Source of the DNA: Scyliorhinus canicula | Lineage: Eukaryota | Direction of reading: 5' to 3' | Assembly: GCF_902713615.1 (NCBI RefSeq) | Contig: NC_052151.1 | Location: 220,684,863-220,748,862 of the forward strand | Length of the DNA stretch: 64,000 nt | Shown: in pieces, positions 25,536 through 37,345 of the stretch | How positions within the stretch are numbered: the first letter of the stretch is position 1 | Layout of the letters: the number at the start of each line of letters is the position of its first letter | Made by a program: the position numbers and the translations under genes | Notes under the pieces: model-generated | The model's input: only the letters and a program-made list of their open reading frames with translations | What the model was told of the DNA's origin: nothing | The model's database searches: none

Positions 25536-28439
25536 CTACACTATGCCCTTATCATCCATATGCTTATCCAATAAATTTTTAAATGCCCTCAATGTTGGCG
25601 AGTTCACTACTGTTGCAGGTAGGGCATTCCACGGCCTCACCACTCTTTGCGTAAAAAACCCACCTCTGACCTCTGTCCTATATCTATTACCCCTCAATTT
25701 AAGGCTATGTCCCCTCGTGCTAGCCACCTCCATCCGCGGGAGAAGGCTCTCGCTGTCCACCCTATCTAACCCTCTGATCATTTTGTATGCCTCTATTAAG
25801 TCACCTCTTAACCTTCTTCTCTCTAACGAAAACAACCTCAAGTCCATCAGCCTTTCCTCATAAGATTTTCCCTCCATACCAGGCAACATCCTGGTAAATC
25901 TCCTCTGCACCCGTTCCAAAGCTTCCACGTCCTTCCTATAATGAGGCGACCAGAACTGTACGCAATACTCCAAATGCGGCCGTACCAGAGTTTGGTACAG
26001 CTGCATCATGACCTCATGGCTCCGGAACTCAATCCCTCTACCAATAAAGGCCAACACACCATAGGCCTTCTTCACAACCCTATCAACCTGGGTGGCAACT
26101 TTCAGGGATCTATGTACATGGACACCGAGATCCCTCTGCTCATCCACACTACCAAGAATTTTACCATTAGCCAAATATTCCGCATTCCTGTTATTCTTTC
26201 CAAAGTGAATCACCTCACACTTCTCCACATTAAACTCCATTTGCCACCTCTCAGCCCAGCTCTGCAGCTTATCTATGTCCCTCTGTAACCTGCAACATCC
26301 TTCCGCACTGTCTACAACTCCACCGACTTTAGTGTCGTCTGCAAATTTACTCACCCATCCTTCTGCGCCCTCCTCTAGGTCATTTATAAAAATGACAAAC
26401 AGCAACGGCCCCAGAACAGATCCTTGTGGTACGCCACTCGTAACTGAACTCCATTCTGAACATTTCCCATCAACTACCACTCTCTGTCTTCTTTCAACTA
26501 GCCAATTTCTGATCCACATCTCTAAATCACCCTCAATCCCCAGCCTCCGGATTTTCTGCAATAGCCGACCGTGGGGAACCTTATCAAACGCTTTACTGAA
26601 ATCCATATACACCACATCAACTGCTCTACCCTCGTCTACCTGTTCAGTCACCTTCTCAAAGAACTCGATAAGGTTTGTGAGGCATGACCTACCCTTCACA
26701 AAACCATGCTGACTATCCCTAATCATATTATTCCTATCTAGATGATTATAAATCGTATCTTTTATAATCCTCTCCAAGACTTTACCCACCACAGACGTGA
26801 GGCTCACCGGCCTATAGTTACCGGGGTTATCTCTACTCCCCTTCTTGAACAAAGGGACCACATTTGCTATCCTCCAGTCCTCTGGCACTATTCCTGTAGC
26901 CAATGATGACCTAAAAATCAAAGCCAAAGGCTCAGCAATCTCTTCCCTGGCTTCCCAGAGAATCCTAGGATAAATCCCATCCTGCCCCGGGGACATATCT
27001 ATTTTCACCTTGTCCAGAATTGCCAACACTTCTTCCCTACGCACCTCAATGCCATCTATTCTAATAGCCTGGGTCTCAGCATTCTCCTCCTCAATATTAT
27101 CTTTTTCTTGAGTGAATACTGACGAAAAGTATTCATTTAGTATCTCGCTTATCTCCTCAGCCTCCACACACAACTTCCCACCACTGTCCTTGACTGGCCC
27201 TACTCTTACCCTAGTCATTCTTTTATTCCTGACATACCTATAGAAAGCTTTTGGGTTTTCCTTGATCCTACCTGCCAAAGACTTCTCATGTCCCCTCCTT
27301 GCTCGTCTCAGCTCTCTCTTTAGATCCTTCCTCGCTTCCTTGTAACTATCAAGCGCCCCAACTGAAACTTCACGCCTCATCTTCACATAGGCCTCCTTCT
27401 TCCTCTTAACAAGCGATTCCACTTCTTTGGTAAACCACGGTTCCCTCGCTCGACCCCTTCCTCCCTGCCTGACTGGTACGTACTTATCAAGAACATGCAA
27501 TAGCTGTTCCTTGAACAAGCTCCACATATCCAGTGTGCCCAACCCTTGCAGCCTACTTCTCCAACCAACACATCCTAAGTCATGTCTAATGGCATCATAA
27601 TTGCCCTTCCCCCAGCTATAACTCTTGCTCTGCGGGGTATACTTATCCCTTTCCATCACTAACGTAAAGGTCACCGAATTGTGGTCACTGTCTCCAAAGT
27701 GTTCACCTACCTCCAGATCTAACACCTGGCCTGGTTCATTACCCAAAACCAAATCCAAAGTGGCCTCACCTCTTGTTGGCCTGTCAACATATTGTGTCAG
27801 AAAACCCTCCTGCACACATTGTACAAAGAACGACCCATCCAATGTACTCGAACTATATCTTTTCCAGTCAATATTAGGAAAGTTAAAGTCTCCCATAACA
27901 ACTACCCTGTTACTTTCGCTCTTTTCCAGAATCATCTTCGCCATCCTTTCCTCTACATCTCTAGAACTATTAGGTGGCCTATAGAAAACTCCCAACAGGG
28001 TGACCTCTCCTTTCCTGTTTCTAACCTCAGCCCATACTACCTCGGAAGAAGAGTCCCCATCTTGCATCCTTTCTACCACCGTAATACTGTCCTTGACTAG
28101 CAGCGCCACACCTCCCCCTCTTTTGCCCCCTTCTCTGACCTTACTAAAGCACCTAAACCCCGGAACCTGCAACAACCATTCCTGTCCCTGCTCTATCCAT
28201 GTCTCTGAAATGGCCACAACATCGAAGTCCCAGGTACCAACCCATGCTGCCAGTTCCCCTACCTTATTTCGTATACTCCTGGCATTGAAATAGACACACT
28301 TCAAACCACAGACCTGAACACTGCCGCCCTCCTGCGAAGTCAAAACTGTGCTCCTGACCTCTCTACTCTCAATCTCTCGCACCCCAAAACAACAATCCAG
28401 GTTCCCATGCCCCTGCTGAATTAGTTTAAACCCCCCCAA
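25536..28439 (-). CDS. LINE ORF2: APE endonuclease plus reverse transcriptase (967 aa open; track start is TTG)
   Basis: YFNARS, ISETW, YRPPN, GDFN, SDHN; NYRPVSLTS, QHGF, DFSKAFD, GVPQGSVLGP, FADD; no stops. Confidence 0.96.
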   Translation of the reverse strand: MGGFKLIQQGHGNLDCCFGVREIESREVRSTVLTSQEGGSVQVCGLKCVYFNARSIRNKVGELAAWVGTWDFDVVAISETWIEQGQEWLLQVPGFRCFSKVREGGKRGGGVALLVKDSITVVERMQDGDSSSEVVWAEVRNRKGEVTLLGVFYRPPNSSRDVEERMAKMILEKSESNRVVVMGDFNFPNIDWKRYSSSTLDGSFFVQCVQEGFLTQYVDRPTRGEATLDLVLGNEPGQVLDLEVGEHFGDSDHNSVTFTLVMERDKYTPQSKSYSWGKGNYDAIRHDLGCVGWRSRLQGLGTLDMWSLFKEQLLHVLDKYVPVRQGGRGRAREPWFTKEVESLVKRKKEAYVKMRREVSVGALDSYKEARKDLKRELRRARRGHEKSLAGRIKENPKAFYRYVRNKRMTRVRVGPVKDSGGKLCVEAEEISEILNEYFSSVFTQEKDNIEEENAETQAIRIDGIEVRREEVLAILDKVKIDMSPGQDGIYPRILWEAREEIAEPLALIFRSSLATGIVPEDWRIANVVPLFKKGSRDNPGNYRPVSLTSVVGKVLERIIKDTIYNHLDRNNMIRDSQHGFVKGRSCLTNLIEFFEKVTEQVDEGRAVDVVYMDFSKAFDKVPHGRLLQKIRRLGIEGDLEMWIRNWLVERRQRVVVDGKCSEWSSVTSGVPQGSVLGPLLFVIFINDLEEGAEGWVSKFADDTKVGGVVDSAEGCCRLQRDIDKLQSWAERWQMEFNVEKCEVIHFGKNNRNAEYLANGKILGSVDEQRDLGVHVHRSLKVATQVDRVVKKAYGVLAFIGRGIEFRSHEVMMQLYQTLVRPHLEYCVQFWSPHYRKDVEALERVQRRFTRMLPGMEGKSYEERLMDLRLFSLERRRLRGDLIEAYKMIRGLDRVDSESLLPRMEVASTRGHSLKLRGNRYRTEVRGGFFTQRVVRPWNALPATVVNSPTLRAFKNLLDKHMDDKGIV

Positions 28440-29347
28440 AGAGTACTAACAAATCTCCCCCCCAGGATATTGGTGCCCCTCAGGTTCAGATGTAGACCAT
28501 CCTGTCTATAGAGGTCCCACCTTCCCCAGAAAGAGCCCCAGTTATCCAGAAATCTGAATCCCTCCCGCCTGCACCATCCCTGTAGCCACGTGTTTAATTG
28601 CTCTCTCTCCCTATTCCTCATCTCACTATCACGTGGCACGGGCAACAACCCAGAGATAACAACTCTGTTTGTTCTCGCTCTGAGCTTCCATCCTAGCTCC
28701 CTAAAGGCCTGCCTGACATCCTTGTCCCCTTTCCTACCTATGTCGTTAGTGCCAATGTGGACTACGACTTGGGGCTGCTCCCCCTCCCCCTTAAGGACCC
28801 GGAAAACACGATCCGAGACATCACGTACCCTTGCACCTGGGAGGCAACATACCAAACGTGAGTCTCTCTCGCTCCCACAAAATCTCCTATCTGTGCCCCT
28901 GACTATTGAGTCCCCAATTACTAATGTTCTACTCCTTCCCCCCCTTCCCTTCTGAGCAACAGGGACAGACTCCGTGCCAGAGGCCCGTACCCCATGGCTT
29001 ACCCCTGGTAAGTCGTCCCCCCCACAAGTATCCAAAACGGTATACTTGTTACTCAGGGGAACGACCGCAGGGGGTCCCTGCACTGACTGCTTCTTCCCAG
29101 TCCCTCTTACAGTTACCCATCTATCTCCAGTCTTTGGTGTAACTATTTCCCTGAAGCTCCTATCTATGACCCCCTCTGCCTCCCGAATGATCCGAAGTTC
29201 ATCCAGCTCAAGCTCCAGGTCCCTAACACGGTTTTTGAGGAGCTGGAGTTGGGTGCACTTCCCACAGATGAAATCAGCAGGGACACTGACGGCGTCCCTC
29301 ACCTCAAACATTCTGCAGGAGGAGCATTGTACTGCCTTCCCTGACAT
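28421..29347 (-). CDS. LINE ORF1: zinc finger, coiled coil and SGNH/GDSL esterase domain (probable ATG at 29347; track ORF extends to 29458)
   Basis: CxxC..CxxC, then LKNRVRDLELELDELR, then GDSIVR, GTND, DGLH. Confidence 0.92.
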   Translation of the reverse strand: MSGKAVQCSSCRMFEVRDAVSVPADFICGKCTQLQLLKNRVRDLELELDELRIIREAEGVIDRSFREIVTPKTGDRWVTVRGTGKKQSVQGPPAVVPLSNKYTVLDTCGGDDLPGVSHGVRASGTESVPVAQKGRGGRSRTLVIGDSIVRGTDRRFCGSERDSRLVCCLPGARVRDVSDRVFRVLKGEGEQPQVVVHIGTNDIGRKGDKDVRQAFRELGWKLRARTNRVVISGLLPVPRDSEMRNREREQLNTWLQGWCRREGFRFLDNWGSFWGRWDLYRQDGLHLNLRGTNILGGRFVSTLWGGLN

Positions 29348-29597
29348 CCCCTCTAGATTAAAAAAAAAACAAGAAAAAGAAAAAGAAAGGAAGAGCTTAC
29401 CTGATATTACCTCAAACCCTGATCCCGCTGAAAGGTAAGCAAATTTAAAGGCACTCACTCACCTTCACGACAGGCCCCTGCTCCCGCTTCCCAACCACCG
29501 TGGGTGGGGGGGTTGGTTAGAGGAGGAGGTAGGGTGGGAAACACTCACAAAGTGTTTCGGGTTTAACTGTCACTTGCCAACAGCCCCTCCACAAACC

Positions 29598-29947
29598 ACC
29601 TTCAACTTAGGCTGACCGCACTGCACGTATGCAAATTTCCCCAGAACAGCTGATCAGTAGCTCTGCTCTGCTGCCCTCTGCTGGTTGCTTGCCTTTACTC
29701 AAACTCCTTGGGTCTTCTTCGCAGGTTCACCTTCAACTTAGGCTGACCGCACTGCACGTATGCAAATTTCCCCAGAACAGCTGATCAGTAGCTCTGCTCT
29801 GCTGCCCTCTGCTGGTTGCTTGCCTTTACTCAAACTCCTTGGGTCTTCTTCGCAGGTTCACCTTCAACTTAGGCTGACCGCACTGCACGTATGCAAATTT
29901 CCCCAGAACAGCTGATCAGTAGCTCTGCTCTGCTGCCCTCTGCTGGT
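29598..29947. repeat. 131-bp direct tandem repeat, about 2.7 copies, at the LINE 5' end
   Basis: ACCTTCAACTTAGG recurs at 29598, 29729 and 29860; the copies read as identical. Confidence 0.95.
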
Positions 29948-30129
29948 CTTCAATTGTATTAGCGGTGGGTTATTTAAATAATGTTTTGCAGGTTGCACAT
30001 GAGGTTCCAGTAGGGCGCCATTTAGGAGTAAGAAAACTCAATCAGATATTAAACAAAACATATTGGCTTGGACTACATAAGTAGAGTGAGGTTTGTTGTA
30101 TATGTAACATATTGCAGTTGACAGTAAAA

Positions 30130-31340
30130 CCTCAAATCCTCAATACCCATTCCAGCATTTGAGGAATATTTCCCACGCGTCAGAATTGACTGCTGGACAC
30201 TTTCCTTTGGAAACCAAACCACTCAGCTTCTGCGATTTTATACAGAAATACAAAAAACAACAGTAAATATAAACTTAAAAGAACAACAAACGAATATATG
30301 CAATCTCTCCCTGAATAGACGAGCATCCCCTCCCATGTATCCCTGCCCCCCGCCCCCTCCCCCCCCCCCCCCCCCCCATCCACCCGACCGCAACCTCTTC
30401 TAGACTTTAACTGTAACCAATTTCTTGACATATCGTCTAATGTGTCGCCATGTGCCGGTAGAACTGGCAATTGAACCCCACAAGTTGTGTTTGACCTTCT
30501 CGAGGTGCAAAACTCCATTAAAACCCCTAACCATGCAGTGGGTGCCACCATCAACCTCCAAATAGAGGCTGGTTTAGCTCACAGGGCTAAATCACTGGCT
30601 TTGAAAGCAGACGACGGCAGGCTAGCAGCACGGTTCAATTCCCGTACCAGGCTCCCTGAATAGGTGCCGGAATTTGGCGACTAGGGGCTTTTCACAGTAA
30701 CTTAATTGAAACCTACTCATGACAATAAGCGATTTTCATTTCATTTCATTTCAACTGAATAGGAACCACCTCCGAGTAACCAAATGATGTGAAGGCCTCG
30801 ATCTAACACTCTTCCGCATCTGATCGCATCTCGAGCATATCCGAGACACTAAATATAGTCACTAATGAATAGTGCTCCACCTCTATGTTCAGGATCGCTG
30901 GCATGGTTCTTAAAAAGTAGTCCGAAACAACACACAAGCTTGGTAGAGGAGCACATTATATGTGTTTGATAAATGGACTGCCTTGAACACTGTTTGCACC
31001 TACCCCAAACTACGACAAAATACCGACGAGTTCTGGCTGTTGTAAGTGTTTCCTAATAACTACTTTTTGCAAGACCAGACTCAACCTCGAACGCGGTAAT
31101 GTGGCATTCACCCTGCGAAGGCCCTGTCGCCTCAACTCTTCCTCCATTGTAAGCCGTAACACCGCCTCCCATGTGTCCTTCACCCCGCCCACCGAGATCG
31201 AATCCCACCCAGCATCGGTCTCTATGTGCCGAATGCACTACCCTCTTCTGGACCAGGACAGAAAGGATCTATTCCAGCAAGGAACTTTGTGGCGCAACCA
31301 GGAATGCGCGAAACATCAGTCTAACATTTTTTGTTTTAGC
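30130..31340 (-). mobile_element. L1-clade LINE 3' fragment (boundaries approximate)
   Basis: WEAVL..EEELR..LRRVNATLPRSRLSLVLQKVV resembles the fish L1 ORF2 C-terminus. Confidence 0.65.
30567..30753 (+). mobile_element. Second tRNA-derived SINE family (family B)
   Basis: GGCTGGTTTAGCTCACAGGGC..GGTTCAATTCCC..GTGACAATAAGCGATTTTCATTTCATTTCA; four copies in the window. Confidence 0.88.
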
Positions 31341-31859
31341 TCAAGGTACAGAAACGCACCTGAATCAATGCGCCCGATTGTTTCTTTCACTTTTTCAAGG
31401 CTAGCAAACTGTCCTTCCAGGAATACACCAGACAGTATAATAAGGTTACATATTGTGTTTGCATGTTTATAATACAACTGCTGCAGCTGTTGGCCGTCAG
31501 CACCTCGGGTTCGAGCTGTTACAAATGTTCCATAAGACATTTTTTCTGAGGTGTGAAATGTATAGTCATTAAGGTTACAAGAATAAAGGTTTCGGGCGAT
31601 GGGTGAATTTGGGGGTAAGGAGAAGGGAGAAAGTTGCAGAGATTCGAAGGGTTAAAATAGATGGAGTAGGTACGATGGTAGGTACTGCCTGAACATTTCG
31701 AATTGCCACTACCCTTATAATGCGTTGCAAGATGATTCACACAATCTTTTTGGGGGGCATCGAATTACTTGAGTGAATTACAACGCCAAGTGACCCTATT
31801 CGTGGTTGAAGCTACATGTCACAAGAAGGGTGTTAAAGGCAGTGTGAGTGTTATTTGCA

Positions 31860-32260
31860 GCACAGACGTAGGTCACTTGGTCCATCGCGTCCGTACCGCC
31901 TCGCAAACCAGTTTCCCAGTTTATCCCCAGCCTTATCTCCATTGCCCTCTAAATTAATCACTTTCAAATATTCATCCAATTATCTTTTGATACCTCCAAC
32001 ATAATTCACCTCCACCCCTTTCCCAGGCAGCCCGAATCCGAACTAGTCTCTGAGTAAGGACGTTTCTCCTCATCTCACTCCGAATTCTCTTGCTGACCAT
32101 CTTGAAACTCTGACCCACGCGTCAAATACACCAACGAGTGGAAGCAGAATATCGTTCTTCAACATGTCAAAATTGTTCTTAATTTTGGAAAACTCAGTAC
32201 GGCCACCTCTAAAATCCAAGAATTTTAGCATAATTTCTCCAATATTTCCTTGAATTAGAT
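31860..32260 (-). mobile_element. Old CR1-like 3' fragment, paralogous to 38350 onward
   Basis: Shared flank GTCACAAGAAGGGTGTTAAAGGCAG and similar downstream sequence at 31.8 and 38.3 kb. Confidence 0.5.
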
Positions 32261-32567
32261 TAACTCCACGTTGTGTGGAATATCGACGGTCACATCACAT
32301 TGGAATTACCGAAACTTGAGTTTAAAAAAAAGGATAGAGGGTGAATTCAACAACAGATGAACTGGTGTGGAACGGGCTGTACGGCGATGTTGTGGAGATT
32401 CGCGCGTATGTAGGGGAACGCTTTTTGCAGTGGTAATGTCACAAATCTTGCCTTGGAGACAAGCGAAGATAATGGGATATCGGGATAGAAATCCGCAACG
32501 GCAGCTATGAAATTAGAAGTCAATTGAGAAGTCGATAAGTGACAGCTAATGGTGCTTTTCCAAACAC

Positions 32568-33128
32568 GTTCTTCATGATCCTGATTCACAGCGATTTAAG
32601 CGGGACACTGATGTGTCACATCCGCTAGTGGACATTGAAAAAGCAGACGCCAGGTTTCACAATCGTCTGCATTTGAGCGGTTACCTGGAACGTACAGTTG
32701 ATGCTCAGACGAATAATGCACCTTGCAAAACGCTACGCCTGGGTATTAGGTTGACTGTATTCAACGCTCGTGCATAATGTCACAAGATAAATATTGGCTT
32801 ATTGACAAAGGAAATGTAGCAGAATGAGTAAAGTACAGTTAGTTCAGCATAGATCGGATGAAAGCGTTCAATTAAGCTGATATATTTTTATCGATAAGTA
32901 TAATAGTAAATTAAAGAATATTGCTCAAAAATTGCAATAGAATATCGTTATTAGATATAGTTTAACACAGATACATTTCTCTGCTGGTAGCAGGAGCGGA
33001 CAACACAATGTAATTTACTCCAGAGATTTCCAGGAAAATGGAGAGAAGCACAACATGCTGGAATTAGTCAACGCTACCTTACTTCGGGACAGAAGTAGAA
33101 GAGCAAGGGAAAATAAACTGAGTTACAA
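32568..33128 (-). pseudogene. Truncated family-1 V pseudogene; dead leader 33083-33128, V remnant 32568-32636
   Basis: Leader starts TTG TAA instead of ATG CAT; acceptor is TTTTCAA; CPLADVTHQCPA* followed by unrelated sequence. Confidence 0.8.
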
Positions 33129-34218
33129 GATGGACGGTTATCCACGATAGAATGCATCTCTCGGCCAGCAGATTGATGATGAAGACAAGGTCAGAGCGGA
33201 CGTTCGTTGAGCAATAAAGTGCTAAACGGGCCTTTGCGCCTCCTTTGAGCACAGGGCAGTGATTGTGTTTTCTAACCTGTGGTGTATTTTTGTGCCACGC
33301 ATTTATGCGAGGGAACACGGCAACAAATGTGAGCAGAGCAAGATCGCACGACACCGCTGTGTTGGACCACCAAATCTTTGGTTAGTAACTGTAGGTCAAA
33401 GCTCAGTATTGAACACGGGGATATGAGGTTAATCGTCTTTTCGTTGCCACAAAAATCCTGATTACAAATGAGATGGCTCACATAAACTCTGTTTAATTAT
33501 TTTCTCAGTACTAACAGTGCAAAAGAGCAGTACTTCCCTCACTTCTGCACAGTGGGATCATAGACATCTGTCCAACCAAGTCATGCCTTGAGTCGTTGAT
33601 CATTCTCATATCATTGTTGGCCTTATTCTTCAATATTTGACAACACTGATATTTTGGAAGATTACTTGGCATTTCCTCTCGTTGCTGTTACTTGAAGATT
33701 ACGACTCTGAACTTAATAACGACTCACAAGGGGCGATCCTGGCCCCGTTATTGTGCAACCGGGAGTTCAGTCTAACTCCTTGTCGAGTAACTCCGTCCCC
33801 TTTTGGAATTGCAGCATCAACCCTTTTAACCCCAAATTTCAATGTGCTGCGAGAAAGCAGATAGTACCTTACCTCGAAGTTTATCAGTATATGGCTACAG
33901 TATTTTTAAGAATTAAGAATGCATTGATGTTGTCTTTCCCGACAGAAATTAAGTTGAAGTAATATAACTGAAACAACAAAAGAACTGATGTAATGTGTGA
34001 AATGGTATCAGATAGCTCGTGGTGATAAATTGAGGAAGAAACACATTTTAATTGATGGAACAGTGGGGAATTATATTGAAAACGGCCGGAGAAATCGATC
34101 ACTGCAGACAATAAGATCAATAACACAGAGTTGGAAACAGACAAATCGGTAAACAGACAAAGACCCAACGATACAGAGAGATCATTTATCTCCCATAGAT
34201 ATAAGCTGACCCCTTACA

Positions 34219-34257
34219 GGCTTGTGTTGAACGCACCTATCGTTTGGGGTCGCTGTG
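34219..34257 (-). other. 23-RSS with degenerate nonamer CACAGCG-23-ACACAAGCC
   Basis: Read directly. Confidence 0.85.
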
Positions 34258-34697
34258 TATACTCCAGGCACAGTAATAGACGGCGGTTTGATTCGCCAGC
34301 AATCTGGAGGACTCCAGGTAAAAGTGTGTGTTGTTGGGTCTTCTGGCCATGAAACCGTCCACCTGAAATTTCGGCGTCACCATATCAGGATAGTTAGAAA
34401 AGAACATGTTTTGAGGCTCTCTATCAGGATGCCATCTGTACCAGTAGAAATAGGAGCCAGCGTCTGCTTCTTTGTTCAGGCACTCGATCCTAAATTGAGT
34501 CCTGGGTAAAGTGGATATGGATGCGGGCGTCTGGAAGATTACCACCGCCTTCTGTAAAATATGGAGAACGATAAAATGTCGAAAAATAGTTACAAATCCA
34601 GGAAAATTATCGAAGTAGATATGTGTTCCACATACTTAAATTTCAGCTCCACCTCACCTGTCAGTATCAGCAAAACAAAGAGCTGGGAGAGAGCCAC
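34258..34697 (-). pseudogene. Family-2 V, probable pseudogene; leader 34658-34697, V exon 34258-34551
   Basis: V body is open (..YYCAWSI), but the leader ATG is GTG and 5 nt are missing after the acceptor compared with the two paralogues, shifting the spliced frame. Confidence 0.82.
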
Positions 34698-36384
34698 CTC
34701 TGGAGAAAGGTCGTTGTGTTTAATGTGTGAATTCACTTGAGCAATTTTATTGACGAGTGTCTGAAATTTCCTGCTCTTGCAGCAATATATATGATTCCTT
34801 ATTCCGGCAGGCTGAATCACTCTTTGTTTATTGGCTTGTGTATCTGATCTGGTCTTTTACTGTGAGAAAGATGTGTAGAGGCTGGGCGATAGGTTCATTA
34901 ACTATTGACCCGTTTAAATGAAGCTTGCAGCCTCCTCCTTCTGAACCGCGCCCAGGTTTTTTTTTATCTGATTGGCAGTTGTTCAGATCATGCGCTCAGC
35001 GCCAACCCTCCCAAAGTGCTGTGAAATACCCTCTTACGGCTGAGCCAGTTTCTCGATGGCACCATTCCGTTAAACTTCCGCTGCTTCCCCTGCCAGTCCG
35101 TACCACATTTCCGAAAGAAAATATTTGCATCTCGTTGAATCACAACGTTTTATTTAAACAATCGATAACAAAGTTTCGAGCAAGGAAGGCACTGCTGGAT
35201 GTACATCGCCGACTCCTGACGGCATAATGCAACTGCAACGTCCCTGTTGAATGGGGAGGCGACTCTTCTAGTTGCACATTGCTATATGGATGATTTCAAT
35301 TGTCCTTCCCTGCGTAGAATGCTGAATTCCGCTTCATTGAACCGCGTGTAATAAATAAATTATATTCTGGCACCTCGGTTGCCCTTAATGTAGACTGTCC
35401 TTAAAGTTGAACACAGCCTTAATTCATCGTTCTTTCTTAGCCTATCGCAGTCTCCTTATATTATACCTGCTGTTAGGATCAGCTCCTTAATCCGATCCAA
35501 TTTAACTTGAAATACGTCCGCGGTATATGCTTCAACTGGTCTATGTTTCAGCGATATCCAGGTTAAATTTCACTCCAGTGGAATTTCTTACTTTCTTATG
35601 GATGCATATTTTACAAAGCGAACATTTCTTTATACCCGAATTATCCTGAAAAGGGTTTCGGAAACCGCTGTTGCATACAGGTTAGACGTGCGCCGACAGT
35701 GCTTTTAGGAAGAACGTTCCAGGATTTAAATCAGCGACGGTGAAGTATCGTCGATGTTGGATACAGTAACATGTCAGAATTTGCCGGGCTTCCTCTTTTA
35801 TTGCTCCGCGCCCTTGCCCGTCGAGATGCCAGGCATCTCAAATTTGGAAGATGAAGTGGAACGATCCGTGTTCAGTATTTCTCTTATGTGATACCCACTG
35901 TCGAGATGTTGGTGGAGGTCGAATGCAAAATAGTCGGGGTGGGGTCGGGCGAGCGGTTATGCCGCTTGACCTTTGCTGGATGGGGTCGGTATATTCGCTC
36001 TTGTCGGATTAATTGAGTCAAGCGGATCGGATTCCATCACACCCCCATGTTGTGCTGTGCAGTTGCTGGGAATGATCAGTGTAGTCAGCAGATGACTTAC
36101 TTGACCAACATGTTCATAGGCTTGGAAAAAGATGAACTATATTGAATTATATTGTACTGCCGTGGAAGTTGACCTTGCGCTCCAAGGGCATTAGAAAGCG
36201 CTACTCAATTCACAGTGAAGTCCATGTATCGCCTTGCCATAAACGCAGTCGTTTGCAACTGAGAACCTTGGCTTTTTATTTCCTAACCTAGAATAGAGTG
36301 CGCTGCAATTTGGTCTGGCTGCCTTGACGCAAATGTCAGGAAACGAGTCGTCAGTAAAAGCGGCTTGAGTGCTTTGCTCAAAGC

Positions 36385-36930
36385 ATCTTTAAACGATGAA
36401 CCATGGTGTGCTGGCGGTCATTAGTAGAGGGATTAAATTTAAGAGCCGTGAGGTGATGATGCAGCTGTACAAAACCTTGGTCAGGCCACATTTGGAGTGC
36501 TGTGTGCAGTTCTGATCGCCTTATTTTTGCAAGGATGTGGAAGCTTTGGAAATGGTGCAAAGGAGATTTACCAGAATGTTGCCTGGAATGGAGAGTAGGT
36601 CCTACGAGGAAAGGTTGAGGGTGCTAGGCCTTTTCTCGTTAGAACGGAGAAGGATGAGGGGCGACTTGATAGAGATCTATAAGATGATCAGGGGAATAGA
36701 TAGAGTAGACGGTCAGAGACTTTTTCCACGGGTGGAACAAACCATTACAAGGGGACACAAATTTAAAGTGAACGGTGGAAGATATCGGGGGATGTCAGAG
36801 GTAGGTTATTTACCCATCGAGTAGTCGGGGCATGGAATGCACTGCCTGTGGAAGTAGTTGAGTCTGAAACATTACGGACCTACAAGCGGCTATTGGATAG
36901 GTACATGGATTATGGTCGAATGGTGGTGTA
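36385..36930 (+). mobile_element. CR1 ORF2 3' fragment
   Basis: LEMVQRRFTRMLPGME..LFSLERRRMRGDLIE..RGH. Confidence 0.9.
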
Positions 36931-36948
36931 TAGATTAATTTGTACTTG

Positions 36949-37345
36949 AGGCAGCACGGTAACATTGTGGATAGCACAATTGCTTCACAGCTCCAGTGTC
37001 CCAGGTTCGATTCCGGCTTGGGTCACTGTCTGTGCAGAGTCTGCACATCCTGCCCGTGTGCACATGCGTTTCCTACGGGTGCTCCGATTTCCTCCCACAG
37101 TCCAAAGATGTGCAGGTTAGGTGGATTGGCCATGATAAATTGCCCTTAGTGTTGGGTGGGGTTACTGGGTTATGGGAATTGTGTGTAGGTGTTGACCTTG
37201 GGTAGGGTGCTCTTTCCAAGAGCCGGTGCAGACTCGATGGGCCGAATGGCCTCCATCGGCACTGTCAACTCTATGATAATCTATGAGTAATCCAGGGCAA
37301 AGGTTCGGTACAACATCGTGGGCCGAAGGGTCTGTTCTGTGGTCT
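36949..37345 (+). mobile_element. HE1-like SINE plus an extra tail fragment
   Basis: GGCAGCACGGTAA head, core and GGGCCGAA tails. Confidence 0.85.

Larger units (their letters stand above)
25436..29947 (-). mobile_element. Apparently complete CR1-clade (HER1-like) LINE
   Basis: Two open ORFs, a 5' region with tandem repeats and a (TTCTATG)n 3' tail; no TSD identified. Confidence 0.95.

Noticed and set aside
25543-29438. Plus-strand ORFs of 100-150 aa over the LINE
   Set aside because: Antisense shadows of ORF1/ORF2; the same applies to shadow ORFs over the V exons and the L1
29598-29947. Direct repeats as a CRISPR array
   Set aside because: The 131-bp units are contiguous with no unique spacers; the context is eukaryotic and the repeats form the 5' end of a LINE
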